A stretch of 58,559 nt of DNA from a virus (lineage: Duplodnaviria; Caudoviricetes), in the IMG/VR virus record IMGVR_UViG_3300030095_002502, positions 1-58,559 of that record. The stretch is one strand, 5' to 3'. Both the position numbers and the translations under genes were made by a program. Each line of letters opens with the position of its first letter. Position 1 is the first letter of the stretch. Positions 38,101 through 46,479 of the stretch are shown piece after piece. Below the pieces are notes generated by a model that was given only the letters and a program-made list of their open reading frames with translations, made no database searches and had not been told where the DNA came from.

Positions 38101-38410
38101 TATATATTATACTATATTAAGAATATTGCTCTATTATGCAATAATAAAGCATTGCTCTATTACTAAATAAAATAGATTAATAGAGCCAATTGCTGAATAG
38201 AGCATATAATATTAAGCTAACATATGCTTACACTACTTTTTTCTTGTTCACATATAACAAAAAAAAGCTCTATATCGAACTTAAACTATCGGTTTTAGTT
38301 TATAGGCTCTATTAGTCATGACCAATTACTCACTTATAGGGTGCGACGTAGAGCAAATTTTCTCTTCTGCGCCTACCGACAGACATAGGGCCCGATTGAG
38401 CTCTATTTCT
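38101..38410. repeat. AT-rich cluster of eight GCTCTA/TAGAGC hexamers (candidate origin)
   Basis: Copies at 38128, 38154, 38181(rc), 38198(rc), 38267, 38306, 38349(rc), 38400 in a divergent intergenic region. Confidence 0.6.
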
Positions 38411-38493
38411 CACGTGCGGATAACGACGGACGGCTTTATCGAGCTTGGTTTTAATATAGTATTTATACCTTTCGGTTTATATCGCTCGTCATG

Positions 38494-38596
38494 ATATCAC
38501 TGCGGGTTTTTCTAAAAAGTGCAAGCGGAACTTATATGCCCCTATATATACGTCCCCGAGCTTTATATACTCTTTTGACCCCAACCTTTATATACT
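38494..38596 (+). promoter_or_regulatory. multi-TATA promoter cassette, copy A
   Basis: GCGG..TATA..CCTATATA..CGAGCTTTATATAC..AACCTTTATATAC aligns with the reverse complement of copies B-D. Confidence 0.7.
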
Positions 38597-38631
38597 TCGA
38601 AACCATGTGTAATATAGAGGAAAGTGATAAG

Positions 38632-38982
38632 ATGCCATCAACAACAGAAACGCAGAAAAGCACAGCTATGGATTATTTATCGGCCCCAAGAAATGAAGGC
38701 CTTGTAAAAAATCTGATGACTTTAATTGGATTTACAGCTCCAGAAGGCGGTCGTCTTCCGGCAGGTGTAAAGTATGACACAATTATAGCATTAAATGATG
38801 TCGTAGGTAACAATGCAGAAATGCAAAGTATGCTCGCTACTCGTGTATTTGAATTACAAGCTCAAAGACGAACGGCTAACCCAAAAGTTAGTGCAACTCC
38901 TGAGTCTGTAATAAATGCAGTCAAAGCTGGAAAAATATCTTTAGATGAGTTAAAAGCTCAGATAAAATTATTAGAAGGCTAA
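38632..38982 (+). CDS. hypothetical protein, sole + strand gene of the early region
   Basis: MPSTTETQK..., 116 aa; GAGG upstream and cassette A promoter. Confidence 0.7.
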   Translation: MPSTTETQKSTAMDYLSAPRNEGLVKNLMTLIGFTAPEGGRLPAGVKYDTIIALNDVVGNNAEMQSMLATRVFELQAQRRTANPKVSATPESVINAVKAGKISLDELKAQIKLLEG

Positions 38983-39000
38983 AAGCGTTCAATGCTCAAA

Positions 39001-39211
39001 GGGTGACGAGAGAATAAGAGGTTCACCCATTTATGTTTAAAGAGATAGCTTCTCTTTATCGTTAGTGGCCGAATAAGTCCTACCCAACGGACTAAGGCAC
39101 ACGAACCTGCTCCAACGGACAAGTGTCTGAGGAGGTGGTAAGTGGTAAGCAATTACAAATTAACTACTTAGGTAGTTGGGAGTTGCTTTGGGGGTTAACC
39201 AAGAATCCCCC
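39001..39211 (+). ncRNA. candidate structured RNA (hairpin chain)
   Basis: At least five consecutive hairpins with no ORF. Confidence 0.45.
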
Positions 39212-39239
39212 CTAACACCTTTTATGATTATATGCATAT

Positions 39240-39520
39240 ATAGGTCGTGAGTTATCAGTCGCCACTTAAATTAAAGAACTCGAGTTATCACTCTTCGAAA
39301 CTAAAAGAGTATCCGTCACTCCATTGGAATCGATTGTTTAGGTATATATTTAAAGTTAAACTAACGCCTATTCTCAGACCTCCGAATGCGTAAACGATGT
39401 ATCCAATTATTCCCTCAACAGTAGACTAACCCTTCTTTTACAATTTATCCGATGGCTAACTAATAACGTCTTTCTCACGTGAAGTGTAAAACTTTTGTTT
39501 GGAAGCACGACCGACTTATG
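39240..39520 (-). ncRNA. candidate ~280 nt ncRNA with its own promoter
   Basis: TATA at 39544-39551 on - with no start codon or ORF behind it; terminal stem GGTCGTG/CACGACC. Confidence 0.55.
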
Positions 39521-39635
39521 ATTAAGCCTAGTGGAGAGCAACCTATATAAAGGTATAAGACTCTCAACTATTTTTTTCGCTCGTAGTGAATCACTGTGGT
39601 GGGGGCCACTAGCCCCCGAGGTAAAACAGTTCAGC

Positions 39636-39872
39636 TTATTTTATTTGAACTCCATAGGATTTAATATCAGAGATATAAGTGTCTCCGTATTCGAATTCTC
39701 CGTAAGTCATATCTGACTTAACCGCACAATACCATCTGGCATATGGATTCTTAGCCTCGTTCTCAGGAGCTTGGTATTTCTTTAATACTCTCCACTCAAA
39801 CCCGGAAGGGCCACTCCAAACCTCGTATGGATTGTCTAACTTTCTCGTTTTACCGCATTCGTTTTTAGTCAT
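39636..39872 (-). CDS. hypothetical phage early protein
   Basis: ORF track; TATA about 22 bp upstream; GGGGGC/GCCCCC hairpin downstream. Confidence 0.75.
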   Translation of the reverse strand: MTKNECGKTRKLDNPYEVWSGPSGFEWRVLKKYQAPENEAKNPYARWYCAVKSDMTYGEFEYGDTYISDIKSYGVQIK

Positions 39873-40015
39873 AATATACCAATAGCAGGGTTATATTTAA
39901 AGGTTCGCACCCTGATATCACCCCGGCCGCGGGGCCTACTCGTATTTTTTAAGTAGGCGTTTAAGGAGAGCCTCGTTTATATAGGCGTCCCCTAGCTTAT
40001 GCCACATATCAGTTT

Positions 40016-40174
40016 TCATTCAATCCTCGAATGTGGGTCTGCGTCTTCTTCGTCGATGAAATAATATAAACAGGTTTCGATTGTTTCCAAATTATAACTA
40101 TTGGATTTGATACCTGTAGTTTCTACCTCATGCCTTAGAGTATTAAGACGTGCTATTAATTCACTTCTTCGCAT
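40016..40174 (-). CDS. hypothetical protein (52 aa)
   Basis: Likely start MRRSEL after GAGGAG, 1 bp from the upstream stop. Confidence 0.55.
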   Translation of the reverse strand: MRRSELIARLNTLRHEVETTGIKSNSYNLETIETCLYYFIDEEDADPHSRIE

Positions 40175-40175
40175 T

Positions 40176-40364
40176 CTACCACTCCTCGTATTCGTAATCT
40201 TCTGATTCTTTATCCATAAGCGTATGAAGTTTTTCAGCCATACCACAGGTGCAATTATCATAAACCCAATCGCAACCCTCCTTATGCTCGAACTCTTGAC
40301 CGGTAGCACCACTTATTTCATATCCGAAATCATGACCGGCATACTCATAATTGTAATCCGGCAT
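40176..40364 (-). CDS. hypothetical acidic protein
   Basis: MPDYNYEYAGH...; TAATG-coupled. Confidence 0.6.
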   Translation of the reverse strand: MPDYNYEYAGHDFGYEISGATGQEFEHKEGCDWVYDNCTCGMAEKLHTLMDKESEDYEYEEW

Positions 40365-40516
40365 TAGTCCCACCCCTTGAGTTTAGCGTATAAGGCTTCA
40401 TATTCTGGGCCTCGCTTCTTTGCACCTTCTGGCGTCATACTTGAAAAAGCTTTAACTCTTTTTCGACCTTGCACTTTTCGAACCCTGTTAGGGTTTCTTC
40501 TTATGTTTTTCCACAT
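40364..40516 (-). CDS. hypothetical basic protein (50 aa)
   Basis: MWKNIRRNPNRVRKVQGRKR...; GAGGT Shine-Dalgarno. Confidence 0.55.
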   Translation of the reverse strand: MWKNIRRNPNRVRKVQGRKRVKAFSSMTPEGAKKRGPEYEALYAKLKGWD

Positions 40517-40529
40517 TTTTATTTACCTC

Positions 40530-40652
40530 TTAAATTCCTGTTTCCTCAAAACAGTCTTCGCATACTTCTAAGCCTCGGCTTATATGTTTAGCGTCTCTGA
40601 ATAATCTTTTATCGTCTGCGCATATTTCGCAGAAGGGATAGTCGTAAACCAT
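40530..40652 (-). CDS. Zn-finger micro-protein (40 aa)
   Basis: CEIC...CEDC. Confidence 0.55.
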   Translation of the reverse strand: MVYDYPFCEICADDKRLFRDAKHISRGLEVCEDCFEETGI

Positions 40653-40820
40653 TTATTCGTCCCTCATTAAGTCACCGCTTACGGCATCCTCTGAATATCC
40701 GAGTTCGATTAATTGGTCTTCGTCCTCTGAATATTGCATTTGTGCTTTTGCTTTAATTAAAGCTAAATCTATTTCTTCTATCATTCGATTAAGAATGTTC
40801 ATTGTTGTTTTATGATTCAT
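40653..40820 (-). CDS. hypothetical protein (55 aa)
   Basis: MNHKTTMNILNRMIEEID...; first gene behind cassette B, GAGGT Shine-Dalgarno. Confidence 0.6.
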   Translation of the reverse strand: MNHKTTMNILNRMIEEIDLALIKAKAQMQYSEDEDQLIELGYSEDAVSGDLMRDE

Positions 40821-40821
40821 A

Positions 40822-40950
40822 TTTTACCTCTATCCTAACTCTAACAAGAGAGTATATAAAGGTTTGTCTCTAAAAGGTATATAAAGGCCGAGGAGCCTTA
40901 TATAGGGTAATATAGAACCCGAACGCGTTTTTTGAAAAAACCGCACTGAT
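40822..40950 (-). promoter_or_regulatory. multi-TATA promoter cassette, copy B
   Basis: 40822-40921 matches 41618-41717 at 94 of 100 positions by hand alignment; includes the SD. Confidence 0.8.
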
Positions 40951-41040
40951 TCTATTAAATCACCCTGAATCTAGGGGTCAAAGGGTGTAATACTATTTTA
41001 CTATTTTCATCTTCCTTTGACCGGTGAAGCTTTAAACTAT

Positions 41041-41193
41041 TTACAGTTCAAGACCGCAAGCCTCATAAAAACGGGCACGGTCAAAATTGCTATTTTCATT
41101 ATAACAAAATTGGGCCATGTCCCTTATTAGGACGCCGTCGGCTTTATGTTCTTTTAATATTTGGGCTAATGCTATAAAATGTTTACGAGTCAT
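41041..41193 (-). CDS. small phage protein (50 aa)
   Basis: MTRKHFIALAQIL...NSNFDRARFYEACGL, a recurrent phage micro-protein pattern. Confidence 0.7.
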   Translation of the reverse strand: MTRKHFIALAQILKEHKADGVLIRDMAQFCYNENSNFDRARFYEACGLEL

Positions 41194-41271
41194 TATTTAG
41201 CCCTCCCTATATTCTATATATTTTTTAGCAAAATATTTACTATGCCATTTTATTGGTTTAATGTCACTCAT

Positions 41272-41616
41272 TTAAATACCTCCAATTGGAAAACCTTGTT
41301 CGTAGCCGGTTAAACCGTCGTATGGCATTTGTCCGGTATAGTAGTTCATAGGTATATGGACTTCATCCACTGATGGATATTTTACAAATCTAGCACCTAC
41401 GCTTACAAGTAAGTCCCAAATTTCTTGGTCATCCAATGAACCTTTTTTGGTTCCGAAGCCGTGCAAATTAGCCCAGCCTACCGTATGGCAGTATAAACTA
41501 TTTGGTCCTTCCATTAAAGAACCTGCTACTTCCACATAAAAGTTGTGGATACTCATTAGTCGACCGTTCCAGTCAACGAAGCCAATTTTGTTAGTTGTAT
41601 ATGTTGTTTTACTCAT
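41272..41616 (-). CDS. hypothetical protein
   Basis: ORF track; first gene behind cassette C. Confidence 0.7.
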   Translation of the reverse strand: MSKTTYTTNKIGFVDWNGRLMSIHNFYVEVAGSLMEGPNSLYCHTVGWANLHGFGTKKGSLDDQEIWDLLVSVGARFVKYPSVDEVHIPMNYYTGQMPYDGLTGYEQGFPIGGI

Positions 41617-41617
41617 C

Positions 41618-41730
41618 TTTTACCTCTATCCTAACTCTAACGACAGAGTATATAAAGCTTTGTCCCTAAAAGGTATATAAAGGTCGAGGACCCTTATATA
41701 GGGTAATATAGAACCCGCTCGTGTTTTTTA
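41618..41730 (-). promoter_or_regulatory. multi-TATA promoter cassette, copy C
   Basis: Near-identical direct repeat of copy B. Confidence 0.8.
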
Positions 41731-41807
41731 GGCCCCCGGGGGTAGTTAGAGGGCCCGGGGGGTATCGTGGTGATATCACCCTGAATGTTAAGTATAAGGT
41801 TTTGGGG

Positions 41808-42038
41808 TCGTAGGTCGTGAGAACCCACTCGAGCTAACCACGGGCTTCCAACCGCGTCAGTCATGAGCTGTCGAATCAATAGCAACCTAGACACGCGTGT
41901 CTCTTGCTACTATTGTCCTTTTGCCCTTCGCCATTCTTGTCAAGCAACCCCATTATTTTTATTCGGGTATTAGCCGAACCTAAATAAGGTGTATCCCTTC
42001 CTCAAGGGAAATCTTACTTCATCCATTTAGACCTACGA
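41808..42038 (-). ncRNA. candidate structured RNA behind a 27-codon ORF
   Basis: Closing stem TCGTAGGTC/GACCTACGA enclosing four hairpins; G-U pairs favour the - strand. Confidence 0.5.
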
Positions 42039-42097
42039 GTAGACGTTGGTAAACGCCCAATCTTAAGCCATAACTTCTGAACCTGTGTTAGTGTCAT
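42014..42097 (-). CDS. 27 aa basic micro-ORF
   Basis: MTLTQVQKLWLKIGRLPTSTRRSKWMK*; GAGGT Shine-Dalgarno from cassette D. Confidence 0.45.
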   Translation of the reverse strand: MTLTQVQKLWLKIGRLPTSTRRSKWMK

Positions 42098-42102
42098 TAT
42101 TC

Positions 42103-42205
42103 TTTTACCTCTATTTTAACTGTAGCGACAGAGTATATAAGGGTTTGGTCCATTTTAGTATATAAGGCACGAGGGAGTATATATACTGCGTTATAGTTTC
42201 CGCTC
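42103..42205 (-). promoter_or_regulatory. multi-TATA promoter cassette, copy D (diverged)
   Basis: TTTTACCTCTAT..CGACAGAGTATATAA..GTATATAAGG..CGAGG..TATATA..CCGCTC. Confidence 0.7.
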
Positions 42206-42446
42206 ACCTTTTTCTGTTTTATTTTTCACACACCCCCCGTCTAAAAAAGAGGCACCCCCTCCCTTTCTTCTTATCGTCTAGGGGTTTAAACAAATCGAGC
42301 TATTTTTTGAAAGTGCTTAATTAATATCTATATATAGGTAAAACATTATGGAGCCTACTATCTCTATATATCTCTTAAGAGACTATAACAGTGTTAACAG
42401 AAAGTTTTATATACTGTGATTGCTTACTTAGAAACAGTGAAAAAAA

Positions 42447-42977
42447 ATGTCAAGAAAAACTCAGAATTCAATCAAGTGGACTTGTAATGAAATCCGCGAC
42501 TTGCTATTGAGCAAGAACAAGGCTTATGGTGATTCAGCCATAGAGCCAGACAATATTTTTAGTAAGCTCGATAATGCACAAGCAATCTGTGCACGTATCG
42601 ACGACAAGCTCAGTCGTATTAAGAACAGTGGGCTCGATGATGCAACTGAAGACACGCTCGATGATTTGATAGGATATCTTATCCTGTTAAAAATATCTAG
42701 AAGCGAGGCGGCAGCTAATGTTACAATTATGACAAGCTGTAATTGTGAACTTGGGTGCACTATGTGTAGTAAGGATTGTGAATGCGTTTGCAACATAGAG
42801 CCTGAAGAAGGATACATTCCTCCATGGGCTCACGAAGTTAAGGTATTCACGAATGTGCAACCCGATTTGAACAAGATGCGTCAAGAGAAAGAATACTCTC
42901 AACCCTTAGAACCTAAAAGAGTTGTAAGGACAGGACCTCGTAAAGAGACTATTGTTATCAGTGAAGCTGAAGATTAA
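42447..42977 (+). CDS. nucleotide-modification-associated domain 1 (Nmad1/DUF1599-like) protein
   Basis: KNKAYGDS...RIDDKLSRI...EDTLDDLIGYLIL, followed by a Cys cluster. Confidence 0.75.
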   Translation: MSRKTQNSIKWTCNEIRDLLLSKNKAYGDSAIEPDNIFSKLDNAQAICARIDDKLSRIKNSGLDDATEDTLDDLIGYLILLKISRSEAAANVTIMTSCNCELGCTMCSKDCECVCNIEPEEGYIPPWAHEVKVFTNVQPDLNKMRQEKEYSQPLEPKRVVRTGPRKETIVISEAED

Positions 42978-44044
42978 TGGAGCTTAATACAATGATTAAA
43001 TTAAAAGATTATATTGAACAACCTTTAGTTGATAAAGCCTTAGAAGAAGGAGGCAGAATAGAGCCTCTTATAATACCAAACGAAGAATCAGGCGGACTAG
43101 GATTATGCAACCCGTCAATTCTTAAGATGAAAGCCAAGAGTTCATACTTAGTTAACGTTAGAAACGTATCCTATTACTTACACCACTGTGTAGGTGAACA
43201 GAAATATCAGACACCATGGGGACCCCTAAACTATGTAAGACCTGATAATGACCCTTACCTAAGAACAGATAACTTCATTTGTGACTTCAGTTTAAGAAAT
43301 AACAAACTAACCAACCCGCGAAAGTTAGATACTAGCAAATTCCCTAAACAACCAGAGTGGGACTTTGTAGGATTAGAAGATGGACGTCTAGTAGAATGGG
43401 ATGGTAAGATGTATATGACTGGAGTAAGAAGGTATGCGCCTGACGGTAAAGGTAGGATGGTACTCTCTGAAATAGATATAAGCAGAAAGAAAGTTAAAGA
43501 AGTAAAGAGATATGTCATAGAACCACCGAAAGGGGAAGAAGACGCTTACTGTGAGAAAAACTGGATGCCTATATTAGATAGTCCGTTTCACTACGTGAAA
43601 TGGTCAAACCCTTTACAAGTCGTAAAGGTAGATATAACATCAAGCCAACCTTCCAAACTTAAAGAAACCTATGCATGCGAGTCTACTACAGTATTCCAAA
43701 GTGATGAAACATTAGACTTACAACTAGACCCTCGTGGTGGTTCACAAGTTATACCATGGAAAGATAACACTTATCTAGCTATAGTACACGAATGTGACTA
43801 CTGGCACAATGAAAAGAATGATAGAGATTCACATTACTATCATAGGTTTATGCAATGGGATAAAGATTGGAATCTAATAAACCACTCTCAACCATTTAAG
43901 TTTATGGATGGTAGAATAGAATTCTGTTGTGGTATGGCTATGCACCCAGATAATAATGACGTTTATGTTACATTTGGTTTCCAAGATAACTCAGCCTACT
44001 TAGCTCATATACCACTTGCTGTTATTGAAGACATATGGCTTTGA
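42977..44044 (+). CDS. five-bladed beta-propeller glycosidase/phosphorylase-like protein (GH130/GH43 clan)
   Basis: CNPSI, GLEDGRL, EKNWMP, RGGSQ, IEFCCG, FGFQD. Confidence 0.75.
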   Translation: MELNTMIKLKDYIEQPLVDKALEEGGRIEPLIIPNEESGGLGLCNPSILKMKAKSSYLVNVRNVSYYLHHCVGEQKYQTPWGPLNYVRPDNDPYLRTDNFICDFSLRNNKLTNPRKLDTSKFPKQPEWDFVGLEDGRLVEWDGKMYMTGVRRYAPDGKGRMVLSEIDISRKKVKEVKRYVIEPPKGEEDAYCEKNWMPILDSPFHYVKWSNPLQVVKVDITSSQPSKLKETYACESTTVFQSDETLDLQLDPRGGSQVIPWKDNTYLAIVHECDYWHNEKNDRDSHYYHRFMQWDKDWNLINHSQPFKFMDGRIEFCCGMAMHPDNNDVYVTFGFQDNSAYLAHIPLAVIEDIWL

Positions 44045-45627
44045 AAGAATACTGGAGAGTTACAGAGTGGCCTACGTTAGAAATAACGACGTCCATACCT
44101 AAAGCAGGTTGTATAGTAGACTGTGTGTTTTGTCCACAAAGAGTATTACAAAAAGTATGGAACTCTGAACACTTCACTACAGAAAAAGAAAGAACATTGA
44201 CCCTAGATAACTTTAAGATGGTAATAGATAAATTACCTAAAGAAGTTAGAATTACCTTGTCAGGTTTTACAGAACCTTGGTTAAATAAGCGTGCTACTGA
44301 TATGTTGTTATACGCTCACAGTAAAGGTCACCCAGTATCAGTGTTTACAACTGCCGTAGGCATGTCTCTTAAAGATGTTGAAAGAATAAAGGATATCCCT
44401 TTCTGTGGAGGACCCAATGGTGGTTTTACTTTACATTTACCTGATAAAGAATATAAAGCTAAACACCCAGTCAATAAAAAATACATTCAAGTATGTGAAG
44501 CCCTAAAGAAAGCTAATATACAAAACTTTGCTACGATGGCAATGGGAACAGTACACCCTGAAGTAGAACACCTATACCCAGACGAAGAAGTAAACAAATA
44601 TGAAATGTGGCATAGGGCAGGTAATCTTTTAGGTGAAGCACAACTTAAACCAGAAGTAAAAGAAGTATGGAATGAATTTAAATCTATACTACATGAAAAA
44701 CCTAAGACCTGTGGTTGCATAGAAGACCTTTATCACAATATACTATTACCTAATGGTGAAGTATCTTTATGTTGTATGGATTACAACTTAGAAGAAATAA
44801 TAGGTAACCTATTTACTCAAGAGTATGATGACATTCTACCTAAGCCAAATACTACATTTGATATGTGTATGCGTTGTGAAAACGGTATCAACCCAAAGAA
44901 CTTAACTACTGTAAGGGTTGCAGAAGAAGATAAAATTACTTCATTCGACCCTGATAATTTTTTATTGCCTGAATCAATGGTACAATACTTAGACGTATCT
45001 ACTAAACCATTCTTAGTTCCTGAATCTGAAGTTATACAATGGTGTAAGAAATTTACTAACAAAGATAAAGACTTTGTAGACATAGGGGCCCACATTGGAA
45101 CCTATACTTGGAATTTAGCGCCTGACTTTAAACACACACACTCCTTTGAACCTACCAAGGTTACATACAATTTTTTATGTTCTAATATATTAATTAAAGG
45201 ATTATCAGATAAAGTTGATGCCTATAACACAGCTTTAAGTGAATCACAAAAAATAATGACTTTCTATGAAAGAAGTCCAGATGGAGGAACCAATGGATTA
45301 GACTTAGATTTCTACGATGGTAAATGGACTGGTAATAACCAAGATAGCTACAATGTAGAGGTTAATACGTTAGATGATTATAAACTAAGAAATGTAGGAT
45401 TCATAAAAATAGATGTAGAAGGATATGAACTGCCTGTTTTACAGGGTGCTATACAGACTATCCAGAACAACGGCTACCCACCTATCTTATTCGAAAGTTG
45501 GCCTTCCAATAACAAAACAAACACAAAACTTAAACACAACCTTTTTAACTACCTATTTGCATTAGGGTATACAATAGGAAGTACACCACACCCAGAAATA
45601 TATATAGCGATAAAGGAATTACATTAA
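44035..45627 (+). CDS. radical SAM/SPASM domain fused to an FkbM-family methyltransferase
   Basis: CIVDCVFC, SGFTEP, LPNGEVSLCCMD...CMRC; then DIGAHIG, SFEP, FIKIDVEGYE. Confidence 0.88.
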   Translation: MALKEYWRVTEWPTLEITTSIPKAGCIVDCVFCPQRVLQKVWNSEHFTTEKERTLTLDNFKMVIDKLPKEVRITLSGFTEPWLNKRATDMLLYAHSKGHPVSVFTTAVGMSLKDVERIKDIPFCGGPNGGFTLHLPDKEYKAKHPVNKKYIQVCEALKKANIQNFATMAMGTVHPEVEHLYPDEEVNKYEMWHRAGNLLGEAQLKPEVKEVWNEFKSILHEKPKTCGCIEDLYHNILLPNGEVSLCCMDYNLEEIIGNLFTQEYDDILPKPNTTFDMCMRCENGINPKNLTTVRVAEEDKITSFDPDNFLLPESMVQYLDVSTKPFLVPESEVIQWCKKFTNKDKDFVDIGAHIGTYTWNLAPDFKHTHSFEPTKVTYNFLCSNILIKGLSDKVDAYNTALSESQKIMTFYERSPDGGTNGLDLDFYDGKWTGNNQDSYNVEVNTLDDYKLRNVGFIKIDVEGYELPVLQGAIQTIQNNGYPPILFESWPSNNKTNTKLKHNLFNYLFALGYTIGSTPHPEIYIAIKELH

Positions 45628-46352
45628 TGACAATACAAAATAAAATAGAAGAATACATCCTAGACCCGGATGAACCTACCAATAGCTTTGCTTTAGGTTA
45701 CGAGTATGAACTCTTAGGGCAATATGCATCTGCAATGGGGTATTACTTAAAGTGTGCCGAATTGACAGATGATGATAAGTTAGCATATGAATGCTTACTT
45801 CGTAAAGCGCAATGTTATAATACATTACCTGATAGACAATCCCATTTTAAAAACTGCTGCTTATTAGCCATAGGTATTTTACCTAATCGTCCTGAAGCAT
45901 ATCATTTGTTAAGTGTTTATTATGAGAAATCATCACAATGGCAAGAATCGCATGCTTGGGCTGTTGCAGGTCAAAGACTTAATGGTATAGCTAAAGGTGA
46001 TACATTATCTACCTTTGTCAACTTTCCGGGATTCTTTGTACTACCTTTCCAAGAAGCAGTTGCTTTGTGGTGGATGGGTAGATTTGAAGACTCCCTTAAT
46101 AAATTTAAAGAATTAAAAACTTCAGGTGATTTAAATACTGAATACTCTGGTCATGTACAGTGGAACATAGACAATCTTGAAGGTAAAGATGCTGATGCAG
46201 AAGTAGAGAATGTTATCACAGACAAAGATGTAATAGCTGCTTCAATGACGAACGTAGGGTTTATATCATCTAAAGATTTTAAAGAGATGAGAGAGTTAGG
46301 TATAGATAGTCCTGACCAATATCTTGCATATAAGGAGGCTAAGAATGAGTGA
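45627..46352 (+). CDS. TPR-repeat protein
   Basis: ALGYEYELLGQYASAMGYYLKCAE, PNRPEAYHLLS. Confidence 0.75.
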   Translation: MTIQNKIEEYILDPDEPTNSFALGYEYELLGQYASAMGYYLKCAELTDDDKLAYECLLRKAQCYNTLPDRQSHFKNCCLLAIGILPNRPEAYHLLSVYYEKSSQWQESHAWAVAGQRLNGIAKGDTLSTFVNFPGFFVLPFQEAVALWWMGRFEDSLNKFKELKTSGDLNTEYSGHVQWNIDNLEGKDADAEVENVITDKDVIAASMTNVGFISSKDFKEMRELGIDSPDQYLAYKEAKNE

Positions 46353-46479
46353 TGGTAAGAAGTGGAGAACTCGAGTTGAGAAGAAGATTACTAAAATCGA
46401 AGCTAAGCTTGCAGATTTACACGCTCGCAAATTAGAGCTTAATATCAAATTAAAGAAATGGAAGGATAGATTAATATGA
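46345..46479 (+). CDS. basic coiled-coil micro-protein (44 aa)
   Basis: MSDGKKWRTRVEKKITKIEAKLADL...; GGAGG upstream; overlaps both neighbours. Confidence 0.6.
   Translation: MSDGKKWRTRVEKKITKIEAKLADLHARKLELNIKLKKWKDRLI

Noticed and set aside
39127-39301. Hammerhead ribozyme (CTGAGGA ... CGAAAC)
   Set aside because: The two core elements are about 165 nt apart and I could not build stems I-III around them
39800-39812. SRP RNA helix 8 (CCCGGAAGGG)
   Set aside because: Lacks flanking CAGG/AGCA and lies inside a credible ORF
40822-42205. CRISPR array (repeats near a Cas4-like gene)
   Set aside because: Repeats are about 100 bp, 500-800 bp apart and contain promoters and SD sites; no 25-45 bp repeat-spacer periodicity; solo Cas4-like nucleases are common in viruses
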